The notes: generated by a model not told the origin, from the sequence alone. A DNA stretch of 64,000 bases from Selaginella moellendorffii (GCF_000143415.4 NW_003314263.1:4344159-4408158); one strand, 5' to 3'; positions 1 to 12,673 are shown, counted from the stretch's first letter. Numbers and translations are program-made.

Positions 1-507
1 TACTTGATTATTGTTGATCTAGAATGATTTGCCATTCTTTGGGATGGTGGATTCTTTCTTCGATAATAATTATGCATCTTTTTATTAATGGGATGATTGA
101 TGGTCTTTCATGATAGTCGGTTGTTCTCTTTGATGGCTTATGGTTTTTTTTACAATACCATATATTCTTTATGGTTTGCTCTATATTGGTAGTTTTCAAG
201 CACCTTTTATAGTTTATTTAATTAAATTATTATAACTTATATATTTTATAAACTATGATATTAGTCTCTGTATTTAATATTAATAACCACCTCTATAAAA
301 TAGTATGATAATAAATTTTGTTTACAAAATAGCTAAGTTAAAACTTATCATGACAAATTAAACTAGTTTATTAGTATCTTTACAGTTTTCTTATCATTTT
401 GCTATGTGTTTTAAAATATTTATATAGTTTCAATATTGCAGAATGTTTTCCTTTTTTAAATATTCAATATAAGTATTCAAAATTAATAGAAGAAAGTACT
501 TAGTAGA

Positions 508-1338
508 ATGATTATATCTATTTATTATTTACTTTTATTTTTTTCTTATTGTCATTGTATAACTAAGTATTATGATAAAAAAAAAGCTATTTCTGTTCAT
601 TATAGACATTATACTATCTTACCTCTAATTTACAAACTTATTGAAGATATTGGTAAAAAGGAGAATTTATATATTGTAAAATTTGAAAAACAAAAGACTT
701 TAATAATAACTATAACTGATATACAAGTTGAATATAAAAATTTAGTAGCTTGTACTATTATTGCTAGCCTATCAAAGGTGTATAAAGGATTTCATATTCA
801 AAACCGATTGCTTAAAATTTATCAAGATTATATTGTTAATGATGGAGTTATCTATGGTTCAGCTGAATATATAGATGGGAGATACTCAATATGCTACACT
901 TTAGAAAGTGATGAATTATATAACAAAAAGAGTATATATAATACTAATTTTCAAACTGGAAATTTAAAAGATTGTGATATTTATATGGTATGCATAAGAA
1001 ATAGACCATTCTTTTCAAATTTAGAAAATGGAGCTTTTCTTCAACCTCAAAATCGTTTATATATTTTATTTATGCAGATTGACTGTAATTTAGTTCTTTA
1101 TAAGGGGTTGTCCATAATTTGGGAAACTAAAACTAATAATGTGGGTGAGGGATGTTTTCTTAGATTACAAAAAAATGGAAATCTTGTAATTTATGATAAA
1201 AATTACAGAGAGATCTTAGTATATCATTTAAAGCAACAAGATAAATCGGTTACATATGCATTATGTGTTAAAATTGAAGGATATCTTGTTGTTTATAATA
1301 AATTTGTGTATAGAAACCAAATTAATAAACTTTTTTAA
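508..1338 (+). CDS. Secreted protein with C-terminal bulb-type (GNA-like, mannose-binding) lectin domain
   Basis: Intact, intronless 276-aa ORF with a hydrophobic signal-peptide-like N-terminus. The C-terminus has QxDxNxVxY-type B-lectin repeats (MQIDCNLVLY, LQKNGNLVIY, VKIEGYLVVY) and the IWETKT motif. Confidence 0.75.
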   Translation: MIISIYYLLLFFSYCHCITKYYDKKKAISVHYRHYTILPLIYKLIEDIGKKENLYIVKFEKQKTLIITITDIQVEYKNLVACTIIASLSKVYKGFHIQNRLLKIYQDYIVNDGVIYGSAEYIDGRYSICYTLESDELYNKKSIYNTNFQTGNLKDCDIYMVCIRNRPFFSNLENGAFLQPQNRLYILFMQIDCNLVLYKGLSIIWETKTNNVGEGCFLRLQKNGNLVIYDKNYREILVYHLKQQDKSVTYALCVKIEGYLVVYNKFVYRNQINKLF

Positions 1339-1404
1339 CATTAAGATAATTCACCATGATTCTTTTATAAATAAACTTTTTCATATCTTTAGATAATAGA
1401 AAAC

Positions 1405-3190
1405 AGGGAGAATTACATTTGTACCCCTAAAAGTTTACAAAATAACAAATTTGCCTTTAAAAGTTTTAAAATTATAATTTTTCTTCTACAAAGTTAGAAA
1501 ATACCCTTACTCAACCTTCAACTAAAATAATCTAGAATATTCTATTTCATTTGGGGCAAATGGGATTAAGGATTAGTGATAATTGATTATTGAGGTTTGT
1601 GCTAGATGGGATTACAGTAGGAAATTATTTTGATTCTATCAAGGAGTTATAAAAGGTAATTTAAAGTGATGTTATTTGTGATTATCATGAGCTCCACATG
1701 ATTGCATCAGATTTGAAAAGGTACATTGTAGCTTGTAAGAGTGAGGGTTGTTTTGGAAGTTTCACACATCTATTTTAGAAGGAGGGTTAGCTTGTTTGAT
1801 TCAAACTTTCATCAATGTTCATTAATGTGGGGAGCAAGGGGGGCAAGGCATACATTGGGGAACAAAGAAGTTAGTTCTATATGGATTGCTAATATTTTTC
1901 AGTAAAGCTTGGTAGAAGAATTATGATTTAACATGAAAAACATGATTAGGTATGTTAGATGGGAAGATGGTGTTAATATACTATATATAAGACCTTAGAG
2001 GGGGAAATAGAAAATAGTTGAAGAGATTCATATGAATCATGTAGAGCTTTATGCAAAGCTCTTTATATACTGTAAGAAGCTTTTGGAGAGCAAAGTATTC
2101 ATAGAAAGAGATAAAATAGAGTGTTTCAAATAGTTGCTCATTGCTTTTAGAGTATTATTCATCAGTTTTTCATGCTATAAGCCTTTGATTAAACTCATCT
2201 CAAGAGCCACTTCTTAGACTACTATTGAGTGCTACTAGTGTTGAAAGGAGCATTATATCCTTTAACATTTAGCAAATGGTCATAAACAAAGCAATCAATG
2301 ATAAATGTTGTAAAGTATTCCTTTCTAATCTGTACAAAGGCGTTCTTGATATATAACATGTTTTTGGTCAAGTGGAACATGGTTATTATATAAGATACTT
2401 GGCAAAAAACTTCCAAAAAGAGTTTAAACGTTTTAAGTTTGTTCATCATCTATGGAAAGTTGCTTGATTTATCTCTTTAGCTTTTTTGAAAAGGCAATGA
2501 GTGAAATGCATTGGAAAAGGGACGATACAACCTTATGAGTGTTATTTAATATAGATAAAAGGCATTGAGTAACTAATTTTTTTGAGGGAGAATGTTTTGA
2601 ACATTTGATGTTCAATGTAACAAAGTCTCTCAATGTTACTTGAGGCATGTGAGTGGCATGCTAGAAATCATTAGATTAAAGTTGATAACTTAATTCTTCA
2701 AGTAATGAAGTTTGGATGATATTAGTGATATGGCTTCCACTAGTTTAGTGAAACTTAGATTTGTGAAGTATGAAGTTGTGCTTGCTACTTCTACATCATT
2801 AGTCTAGTTGATATAACAGTATTCAAGATTCACTTGGAGCACCACATTCAAATTGTAAGGCTTGTTGAAAAGACTTTGATTCACAAAAGATTAATATTCC
2901 ATGTGTTTATGCAATTATAACTATCATATTTAGAAAGAATATATGTAATTCTACACCCATCCTTGCTACTCACTTGAGGCTTATTGTGGGGCATAAATAG
3001 ATGATATATATAGTAGCTAATTTAATTAGTTTATTTTGTTTTTATTTCTATTATATTTGTTGTTCTCTTGAATATATGTTAATAAGTAAAATATTCTAGA
3101 ATATTTTAGTTGAAAAGGTTGAGTAAGGGTTTTTTTTGTAATATTTAAATTTTATTGCAGAAAAATTGTAAATTTGGAAATTTTAGTTAG
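1405..3190 (+). mobile_element. Degenerate Mutator/MuDR (MULE) element
   Basis: Long imperfect inverted repeats (~1470-1543 ...CCCTTACTCAACCTTCAACTAAAATAATCTAGAATATT vs its reverse complement at ~3090-3185). Starts GGGAGAATTACA. Stop-ridden internal remnants resemble the MuDR C-x-W..H..H-x-C region (~1700-1830) and a SWIM finger (~2850-2915). Boundaries approximate. Confidence 0.6.
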
Positions 3191-4473
3191 TCTTGGAGCT
3201 AGGCAAAATATGTTCTCTATTGAGCATTATTTAAGGGTTTTAAAATATTTGGTAAATAAAAACTTGAAGGATCTATAGCTGGATTTTTATATGCACAATA
3301 TTTTAGTGCTAATTTGGTTACTAGTATTCCGCAGTTTATATCTCTATTTGATTATAGTAGCATTTGATTGCAACATTCAGGAAAACAAATTCAACATAGT
3401 TCAAAAGAGCATGAAAATATTTCTATATATATTTGCATTAATGAAGAGAAAATGTAACCTATCCTTCAAAAGTATCAACAAGCAATAATTAAAAGAGATA
3501 ATGCAGGAATGCAATATGTTATTGACCATCCAAATTAATAAGTTCCTGAAAATTTAAGATAACTACCCCTATTACCTAATATGGCTATTATATATCAAAT
3601 TATACAATATGCTATTCAAAGAGGTGAATTAGTATCAAATTTCATTAAGGATTTGGGTAATGGATCCACTATTATGGTAAGTAATAATTAATATTAATTC
3701 ATTATTAATTAATTTCAAACTTTAGACTATGAGTTATGCAATATATTGTATTGATGGAAAGCATTTTAGAGTTTCTCAAATAGATGCAAATAAGAAAACA
3801 ATGGATTAGCATTATAATTATATCAAGAAATCCATAACAGCCTAATATTCATGCATTTTGAACTATCTAGTTTTTATAACTTTTATCTATGAGGTAAAAT
3901 TTGGATCATTTATGAAAATTATTTTTAAAGTTTAGTGTTTCAATATTAAAGTAGGAACAGTGAAAATGGAGGAAAATCATATGCCATCCATAATAAGCTT
4001 TGGATGGGAATAATTTTATATATTCAAAGTTTTATGAATAAAAATATATCCATAGAGTCCAAAATTCTTAGCAAAGGGAAATGCTATCAAAAAGATATCA
4101 AACCACAAGAAAAAATTTTAATTGGGTTTGCAAGGATCCAAATTCAAACTTCTACAATGTTTCTAAATGAGAAGAGCTGATTCAGTATATAAAAAATTAT
4201 TTCGGTGGAGGTATAAGGAAAATCTAAATAGGAGAATGATTGCTCTTACAACATTGCACATGTATTGATTGATTGATCAATACAAAAAGGGAATGTAGGT
4301 GTGTAAAGAATTGAATTTTTGTTTATAAAACTTAATTTGCTAAATAAAGAAATGTTTTATAAATATCAAATTTTATATGTGTATAAGAAAACTAAAATTC
4401 TAAATAATATAAGGGATTAAAAAATTAGATAGATAAATCACAATACTTATCTTAAATTTTTAGTTAATTAGTA

Positions 4474-4899
4474 TTAACTGTTACAAAAAGACTCAAAATT
4501 ATAAAATTCTACACTATTTGAATTTTCAAGATGATGAAAACAGCCTATAAATGACCAATTATTCCAGCCATACCAATTATCAATTATATAATATGCTTGG
4601 CTAGTAAAAATTATAATTTTGTAAGTTTCACTAGACCCATTTGTTAGATCAACATGATATTCTCTATTATCAATTATAGGATCTGGATCTTGGTGGAATT
4701 TAAACTTGTTTGATTCTTTATACATAAATATATTTACTTTTTTTCCATAAATACCTATCATTCTATTTAAAATGCATAACATAAGTTTTTCCCAATCAGA
4801 ATCCTCACAAATTAAATCATTTAAACTTTCTAAACTTTGTGCAAAAGCTATAATAGATAGAATAGAGAAAAAAAGCAATACAAAATTCATCTCTTTCAT
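4474..4899 (-). CDS. Small secreted protein of unknown function (141 aa)
   Basis: Intact ORF in very AT-rich DNA. Signal-peptide-like MKEMNFVLLFFSILSIIAFA; aromatic-rich C-terminal motif WYGWNNWSFIG. Confidence 0.55.
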   Translation of the reverse strand: MKEMNFVLLFFSILSIIAFAQSLESLNDLICEDSDWEKLMLCILNRMIGIYGKKVNIFMYKESNKFKFHQDPDPIIDNREYHVDLTNGSSETYKIIIFTSQAYYIIDNWYGWNNWSFIGCFHHLENSNSVEFYNFESFCNS

Positions 4900-5979
4900 T
4901 CAAAAACTTTAAGCTGTAAATCTTTTTTTAATATAGCATGCTAGCTGTAAATGAAAATAAAAAGTTTGTACTTTTTGTGAAAACATATTGTAATCAGATA
5001 AAATAAGTTTCATAAGCCAAGCTTATAGCCAAGCTTGAAATTCAAAAGTGGAAAGGATTTTGGCCAACAATCTCCAAATATCTTGATAACATAGACAACA
5101 CTTTCACCAGCACAAAAGTGGCTGGCAATTGAATTGTGCAATAGATAGTATGCAACTTTGAATCATTGTATTAAATATCATCAATAGAGGTGATTTAACA
5201 CTTTCTGCATCTCAACAGTGGAAAAAGAATCATCGAGAATTGACCTTTCCAGGCTGTACATGGAATGCTGGAATGGTCCAAACTGTGTTCACTAGAGACT
5301 TGGAATGCAATTATAGATGCTTACAGTGCTGGATGTGCCATTCATTCTATAAATGTACCCTAGTTACAATCATCTCAGCATTGTTTGTATTCATGAACTG
5401 AAAGTGATCCTCTCAATCTTGATTTCTTTCATTCTGTTGAAGATGGGGTAGCTAACAATTTCTCCCTATTTCCTCATCGATCCACAGAATCAAAGGGGAA
5501 GAATCTTCACTCCTGTGAAGCTAAATACACGACAATGCCGGGTTAGTGAGAATCCATCCATTGCTTGTGGATTTCTATTGGGGGATCCCTGCCTCCCAGG
5601 AACATGGCTTGGTTGGGTTATGCAGTTGATCATCTTCTACTTCATCACATTCAACAACCTCTCTCGCCCTTGGCCGCTTGATGGTGCATAGCTTTGGCTG
5701 GCTGCGAGCTCACATTATTCACTGTTGCTGTCCTAGTCCTTGCTTGTTTTTATGGCTCACAACTTCGGCTGGCAGCAAGCTTGAATTATGCATTTCCAGT
5801 GCTGGCACAGCATAAAAACACAGTGGATCCATGCATACAATACACAATCCTTGAAAGATCCCAAGATGTTGTGTTAGTACTCCGTCTTGCTTGCTGGTTG
5901 TGTTGACTATGCTCTGGACACTCTAGGACATCTATCTCCTCCCAAACTACTTTACTTCTCAGGTAGGGTAATAAGCTAG

Positions 5980-6003
5980 AAGCTCTATTTCATTAAAGTG
6001 GGA
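5980..6003 (+). repeat. Left terminal inverted repeat of the 16.3-kb transposon
   Basis: 22 of 24 positions match the reverse complement of 22243-22266. Confidence 0.85.
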
Positions 6004-6420
6004 ATTGTCATTATCCCACTTGTAAAATAAGGTTTCCAAACCTTTATATAGTATATAAATATAACAAAATTCAACTGCATTGAGGCACATGCCATTTTAT
6101 TTTAAACAAGGAAATGTCTACTCAATCACTTCTCCTCCCCCTGCCACTGCTTCACCTCTCTCTTCTCCTTGTCATCGTCGTCCAATTTCTTTCCATCCTT
6201 TTAATATTGGCTCAGTTGCTCCGAGTCTAGGTGGAGCCCAAGTCCCCATTCAATCTTACTTTCCCCTTATTAATAAAACAACTTCGTAGACTTCCAATAA
6301 TATGCTGTAACACTTCTAGTATAATGCAAATCCTCTCAAAGAATTGTCTTTTAATATTAATACAATGGCATGGAACCCCATGCCATAATAAGTTACATTT
6401 TTAAATAAATACATGCCATC

Positions 6421-7283
6421 TCAGATTGTTATTTTTTGCCTCCAACGCCTATACAATAATCTTGGAATTTCATCACTCTCCACACTATCAGGATTTAAAC
6501 CCAATAGTAATGCCATCTCTTCTCTAATACGTCCACGCTCATGTTCAGTGGTCGAAGAACCCATCCGGTTGAGCAGATTATGGAGATACGGATAGTGCTT
6601 GGCTAGACAATATACATGCCATAAATGATGACTGGTGTCTGTCCGATCAAATGGCTTCTGATATACCGTTCCATCTGCCATTTGGTTGATTTCTGCAGCC
6701 ACCTCCTGGACTGGCCGGTTCTCTATCACCATCGCTCCAAGCCGTTTTGCAAGGTCCCCCAGAACATACGGTTTCTTCTCCCTAGTTTCCATACTGCAAG
6801 AGATGGGGTGCACTGCATATGTGTGCGTGTTTGCTGCAGTTTTAATCGGCGAGTCATCGATGATGAGGATTTCACTTGACCTAGAAGTCCAGTTCATCAC
6901 TACAACCTCTGGCTTGACGAAGATGGGCTTGCTACCCCTCACATGGACCATAGTCAAGCAATCCTCCTGCGTTAGGAGAAAGTCAAATGGTAATATTACT
7001 CGCGTCTGATCGTGCATCATCTGTAGCAACGTTAATGCATTGTGGCGCATCATGGATGTCCAAACTCCCAATTGCAAATTGAACCCGGCCCTCTGTTTTA
7101 AGTGACGCATGGTCATTATTAGATCCCGCAGTTTCTCCCGTGTGATTAATGTGAATCTGTCTCTTTTGACCAACTTGCGACCACAGGCTTTGGAGGGTGT
7201 AGTGACATTCGAGGACGAGCCATGCTCATGGGAGAAAAGGACACCGTTCAGATCAAAAACGATACAGTACCTTCGCCGTGACT
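6421..7283 (-). CDS. Terminal exon: FCP1/NIF-like HAD-superfamily phosphatase domain
   Basis: CIVFDLNGVLF (HAD motif I variant), LGVWTSMMRHNA, LLTQEDC, KPIFVK and ILIIDDSPIK are the motif set of plant/fungal FCP1-homology proteins. Confidence 0.75.
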
Positions 7284-9687
7284 CTGAAATGAAATGCGTC
7301 AGCATAAAAAATGGTACAAGTCAATTTTACCATCTACAATATTAGCGAATGGTGCTCCCAATGGTCGTTGAGAGGGTTTTGGTCGAGGAAACATGAAGGG
7401 CGGAAATACTCTCCTCTGCAATGTGGGGTCAATCGCATCCGATGGCGTGTGGGCACATGCCATTTCAGCTGTAGACTTTGGTACAACTGGCTCAACAGTG
7501 GCATGGGATGGTTCCGATGGCGTGTGATCACACTCCATTTCAGCTGGTGCCTCCGTTGGCAAAGTGGACATGACCGAACAGGCAGCAGGGGCGGTGTAGG
7601 GAGGTTCCAACGGCGCGTAGTTAGATGATTGGGCACACGTTGAGTCCGTTGGAAATGAGGATACGACCGGCTTGGCGGCTGGGGCGGCCTCATGCGGGTC
7701 CAATGGCGCCTGGTCACCGTCAGTTGGATACGTGGACAAGATTGACTCAATGGTATGGGCAGCATCAAGTGGAGCGTGGTCAACTTGCTTGGCGTTGATA
7801 TGGATAGTAGCCTCCACCAGCTCTAATGACTCTTGCAGGCAAGTAGAGTCCACTGGCGGATCCATATGCATATCCAAATATCTCCCTTCGATTGAGATGG
7901 TATCCTCCCGTGCTACTAAAAACAAACTCATTAGCACATTGAATCGACTATACTGTATTTACCATCAACTGCTATTGAGGAACTAGGACCGATATCACTT
8001 GGGCGCACTGCTGATTCTGAAGGATTGGACATACGTTTCGACCCTTGCTTGGCACTATCCTTCCTCGACACTAAAGGCTAGAGTTTGTATCTTAATTCAA
8101 CTGAATAATCTCTACTTACCATTTAATCTGCGACCTACATGGACAATGTTAGAAATGGTAAAAGGTTAGGAATGGATGTACTATTATTTACCTGATGGTT
8201 TGTCTTGTATGACCTTCCTCCGCTGCTCTTTGGCCACCTCAGACTGGCCATCGTCGTCATCATCGTTGTCGTCGTTATTGTGATCGTCACCATTGTGAGG
8301 ACCATCCAAGTCCTCTTCGTCCTCCTCCTCTTCGTCCTCCTCTTCTTCGTCCTCCTCTTCTTTGTCCTCCTCTTCGTCCTTTTGCTCTTCCTGCTCATTA
8401 TCTTTCTCTGGCTCCTCATCCCCCTCCTGCATTTCTTCCATAGGCTGCTCAGGCTGGATGGCTTGTTCTTCCAGGACCATCTTAGGAAAATCATCTGGCC
8501 GAGTCTCCATCTCAAAATACAAGACATCCATAGCCTGTTTTAGTGCGTGACCTAGGACCGTATCCTCACCCGACTGTCTTAACATGGTTTCTGCACGTTC
8601 TTGCACCCTTCGAAGATGACGAGATGAGAAAAACGTGGCCCTGACTTGAAAAGCATCCCTCATCCATTGTACCTTTCCATTGAGATTGGGGAAGGGGAGT
8701 CCGCCATAGGAATCTGAGTCAGGAGGTGGTGACTGGCTGCTTTCACTCAGCCCTTGATCTGCAATGAATGGCATGAGCACACACGCCATAACCGCGAGGC
8801 ATTACCTATCATCTTTTTGTTGCCCTTCTTCCTTTTCGAATCAAACGCCTCTGATCCCGACGACTATCCAATGTGCTTTCGCTTTTTATGACCACTGTCA
8901 GTTTGAGCTTGGCTAGTGCTTGCTTGTTTTGCCTTTGAAGAAGTGTCTCCTACAAGGAATGGCATGAGACCACACGCCATTGCAAATATAATTTGTACCT
9001 CCTTTTTTCCTATTGCTTGTCTGTTTGTCCTTCTTCGACGCACCACCAGTGCGCTTTTCAATCCTCGTGTCTGAATATTCACAACGATCTATAATCAAAA
9101 TGGCGTGAGGCCTCACGTGACCTTAACTTGTGCAGGTTGTGAGCTCGGCCCAACATGGGTATCTTCAACAGTAGCTGTTAACGTCGTTTCAGCATCTGGG
9201 GGTGGCCACGCTCCTGCATACAGAGCTTGTGAGATAACATTTAAACTTAAAGTGCGTACTCACCAGGTTCGCAGAGAAGATACTGTTTTTCTTTGGCAAC
9301 TGTAATTATATGCTCCATTGAAGTCACCTCTTCAATGGAGTTTGTCACCGCAACACACGGGACACCCTTGAGTAGTGTGGCTTGAAAGAATAGTCCGCCG
9401 CAGTTGTACTCGACAACGCATTTGCCCTTGGAGTCACCCGCTATTGTGTTGAAGACCCAACTGAGCATTTCCCATGCTGCACCTGGAGCTTTCTCTGGAT
9501 TTGAAAGCTCCATAGCCGTCTTCAGTTCCTCAGGCACAGGTAAATTGACCTCCCTCAAATCAATTCGATCAGCCTTGTCGAACGAAGCTGGGAAGTCACT
9601 CCAGTCCCACTCTGCTGCAGGACCAATAACAAGGGCGAGTGTGAAGATGTGGACATTCGTCGATATCTTCTTCTTAGCCATTATCCC

Positions 9688-10106
9688 TGAAAACTCCTGG
9701 ACTCTCTGGACTAGGAGGAAAACGTCCACACGAGATCTTCCTAGGAGATTCAAATCTAATCTAGTCCCTAAATCTATAACTACACTACAAGAAGAATGCA
9801 CTTACCTGCTTGTGCCGAGCCAAGTTGAGACTGTGAACAAGAGCTTGAAGGTGCTAGTCCCACGCCTTTGATCCCTTGAAGGCGGTGGGTAAGTAAGACA
9901 TTGCTGTGAATAGCCAAAGAGATAGGCAGAATGACGATGTATTGCAATGTATTTTGTATTAGGGATAAGTCTAAAAACATTCTAAGTCCTACTTTTATAG
10001 TCGCTACTGCTCACGTCAAGGTTAGGAATACAGTCCTAACCTTGAACCTCTCAAATTTACTTTCCTAAGCTTGAATCCTCGAGCTTGTCTTTTTCTCCCT
10101 TCTCCA
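9688..10106 (-). repeat. 3' LTR (family A)
   Basis: Near-identical to 13528-13945; TG/CA termini. Confidence 0.92.
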
Positions 10107-10309
10107 CTCTCCCATGACTGCCTTGTGCTGCGTCCCGCAGTCACTGCTCCATTGCTGCATCGTGGGTAGCTGCTCCCTCATGCGGTTCCTCCTCCTCTTC
10201 CTCCTCTTCATAAGTCTGAGCTGCTTCCTCGAGTGCGCGAATTCTTTCTTTTGCTGCGAGCAGCTCCTTGTTGAGCCTTGCATTTTCCTGCTCGTACTGC
10301 TGCGCAAGA

Positions 10310-11509
10310 TCAAAAGATTCCTTGATATCGAAGATTAGGCTCTCGACGAGAAGTATTCTTGATTCTTGAAACTTCCATTGTATTCCTAAATCGGCAATTC
10401 TTGGCTATATGGCCTTCTCTTTCACAAATTTGACACTTTGGAAACTGTAACTTGCATTCCGAATATGTATGTCCCTCGTTTTTACATTTTGTACACCACA
10501 CTCCTGCTTTGAGTTCGGTTTGCGAGATTTTCCTGATTATATCCTTCAAGTCTTGGTCTTTTGGTGTTTTCTTCTTTGTCTTAATGCGTATTTCTTCCTC
10601 TTCTTCATCATCTGAACCGTCATCGGTTTGTGAAGGTATAGCTTTTGTAAATTGCTTGAATCTCTTTTCCAATGTGAGGATTTCTTTGGAGAGTGTATCA
10701 ACACTTTCATCATCTGGATTCTCTGTTGCAGCAGCAATTGCTACCATGTTTCTATAGATTTCTTTTAGTCCTTGGATATAGGATAAGCTCTTTCCTTTAT
10801 CTGTTATCAAATCCTTGCAGCGCTTTGCATGAAACTTAAATCTTCGAGTGTAATCTTGAATTCCTTCACGTGATTTTTGCTTGAAGTTTTTGATGATCTC
10901 ATAGTGTTCTTCTGGAGTTCCACCGGTCTGGAATTGCTCCTTGAATTGTGTGACCTTTTCATCATGGGTCAAAGCATCATCGAGTGTATTATGCCAATCG
11001 AGTGCTTTTCCCTTAAGTGTGTATGGGAAAAGTATTTCCTGATGCATTTCCTGTTTGTTCATCTTTACAATTTGATCAAATTGTTTAAGATGCTGGTTTG
11101 CATCTTCGGTTTTTCCACCAGTAAAAATGGGATAGGAAATCATGTTCCCTATGGCTGTCGCTGGGTTGATGATTGCCATTTGTAGTTGTAGACTTTGTTG
11201 GTGAAATTGTTGTTCTGGTGAGTCTGGAGTTGAGTAAAACTTTGGTGCTATGTATTTGGCTTCTTCAAATGCCTCAAACTTTGGGGCGTCTTCACTATTT
11301 AGTTCTTTGTTATCGTTGGCTGAGTTGCTTGACTCGGCAACTTGAATTTCTTTATCCTCCTTGTCGTACTTCTCTAATATTGTTTCTAAAATTTGTTGCT
11401 GTTGTTGTTCTAGTTTCTCTTTTCCTATCTCTTCCTTTTTCACTTCTCGATTCTTTTGTCGAAGATCTCTTTCCCGGATCTTGATTGGGTCTGGTTTGTG
11501 TTTGTACAT
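10310..11509 (-). CDS. gag: Gag polyprotein (Ty3/Gypsy-type)
   Basis: Retrotrans_gag-like core (FTGGKTEDANQHL, LKGKALDW, KQKSREGIQDY) and two CCHC knuckles (CTKCKNEGHTYSEC, CQICEREGHIAKNC). Confidence 0.85.
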   Translation of the reverse strand: MYKHKPDPIKIRERDLRQKNREVKKEEIGKEKLEQQQQQILETILEKYDKEDKEIQVAESSNSANDNKELNSEDAPKFEAFEEAKYIAPKFYSTPDSPEQQFHQQSLQLQMAIINPATAIGNMISYPIFTGGKTEDANQHLKQFDQIVKMNKQEMHQEILFPYTLKGKALDWHNTLDDALTHDEKVTQFKEQFQTGGTPEEHYEIIKNFKQKSREGIQDYTRRFKFHAKRCKDLITDKGKSLSYIQGLKEIYRNMVAIAAATENPDDESVDTLSKEILTLEKRFKQFTKAIPSQTDDGSDDEEEEEIRIKTKKKTPKDQDLKDIIRKISQTELKAGVWCTKCKNEGHTYSECKLQFPKCQICEREGHIAKNCRFRNTMEVSRIKNTSRREPNLRYQGIF

Positions 11510-11755
11510 TCAGTTTGCTGAGTCTTCTCAACTTGATTGTTGAGGTAAGTTTCCTGAATTTTTGTTTTGCCTAAGTTGTCTGTAGTCAAATGTTGTTCTT
11601 CATAGATTGCAAAGTCAAGCTCTTATGTCTTGAGTCTTCTGCAAGTTTGTTTTTGTAGTAGAAATGCGAAGTCAAGCTCTTGTGTCTTGAGTCTTCAATC
11701 GAGTTTTTCTTTCTCGATTCTTCCCGAGTTTCTTCTCGAGGTCACTTTCCTGAGT

Positions 11756-12673
11756 CTAACTTAGGAAAGGTCTTGTATTTGAAAAATCTGGTGGTGTAAG
11801 TAAGTACAATTTTGTTTGTAAAAGGAGGTTGGTTGTGTCATATATTGATCGATGTAGCTGTTCGCTAGTGATATTTGGTGCTACTCTCCAAGTTTGGGAT
11901 CGAGCAGGTATGCAAACGATTGCAACTCTCTTTAGGAGTCCAATCTTTTCTAAATTCTTGAATAATTGTTTTGGTCTCTTACAATATGTTGGTCGTACGG
12001 GAATGCGAGCTCTCACTATGAGCATTTGTGTTTCCCAGTCGATAGTAATATTTGAAAATGCTGAATACAGCAGTGGTTGTATTTTTAATGTTCTCACTTC
12101 TCCTTCTCCGATTGATACGGGTTTCCAACTTCGTGATTCCTGTATGTTTTTCTTCTCAAATGGTGTCCACACGTTAAGGTATGGATTCCAACAAATTTTT
12201 GTTGCTTTAAGCCTATGCGTGCGCGGATCTATCCAGCGCTCTTTTGCCCACAGTCCTTCCTTTATGTTGAGGTCAGTAAGCTCATGTATTGCGCTTCCAA
12301 CCGGTGTAATAAATCCTCTTACAAATTGCTGTCCAAGTATTTCCTGTATTTCTCTAAGCAGGAACCTTGGAATTTCTTCGTAAATTCGAGTGACAGCGTC
12401 CCAAGTATGCCACTCAACTTCTTCCTTGAGACAAATAAATTCTTGATCGATGTACACGAAAGATCTCCACGAGAGCTCGAAGATGATTCTCCACGTATAC
12501 AATTCTTGTTTATCTTGTTTTCCTATAAACTGTGCGCCGTGTATAATAGCGCCGTTGCAAATTGGTGTATAGTTCTCCTTGTCTAATGTGTTGTGAACTA
12601 AATTAAAGATTTGTTCCTGAATCTCAGATGGCAGCTGCCTGATGGCTTCTAAAAAGTTTTGAGAGTCTTGCAT
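11756..12673 (-). CDS. Extra ORF upstream of gag (305 aa) with F-box-like N-terminus
   Basis: Intact ORF between the PBS and gag. LEAIRQLPSEIQEQIFNLV resembles the F-box L..LP.EI...IF..L core; the rest is unrecognised. Confidence 0.5.
   Translation of the reverse strand: MQDSQNFLEAIRQLPSEIQEQIFNLVHNTLDKENYTPICNGAIIHGAQFIGKQDKQELYTWRIIFELSWRSFVYIDQEFICLKEEVEWHTWDAVTRIYEEIPRFLLREIQEILGQQFVRGFITPVGSAIHELTDLNIKEGLWAKERWIDPRTHRLKATKICWNPYLNVWTPFEKKNIQESRSWKPVSIGEGEVRTLKIQPLLYSAFSNITIDWETQMLIVRARIPVRPTYCKRPKQLFKNLEKIGLLKRVAIVCIPARSQTWRVAPNITSEQLHRSIYDTTNLLLQTKLYLLTPPDFSNTRPFLS

Noticed and set aside
5000-5910. Host gene upstream of the transposon
   Set aside because: Coding-like composition, but all frames examined have stops and no recognisable motif; cannot be supported.
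5913-5975. Direct repeat with 22265-22308 as LTR-like ends of the big element
   Set aside because: Better explained as a pre-existing host tandem duplication split by insertion at CTAG; the true TIRs lie just inside.
9780-9980. Repeated small ORFs MFLDLSLIQN.. / MHSSCSVV..
   Set aside because: They lie within family-A LTR copies. The N-terminus of ORF 9247-9801 and the C-terminus of ORF 13861-16077 are LTR read-through, not real protein.
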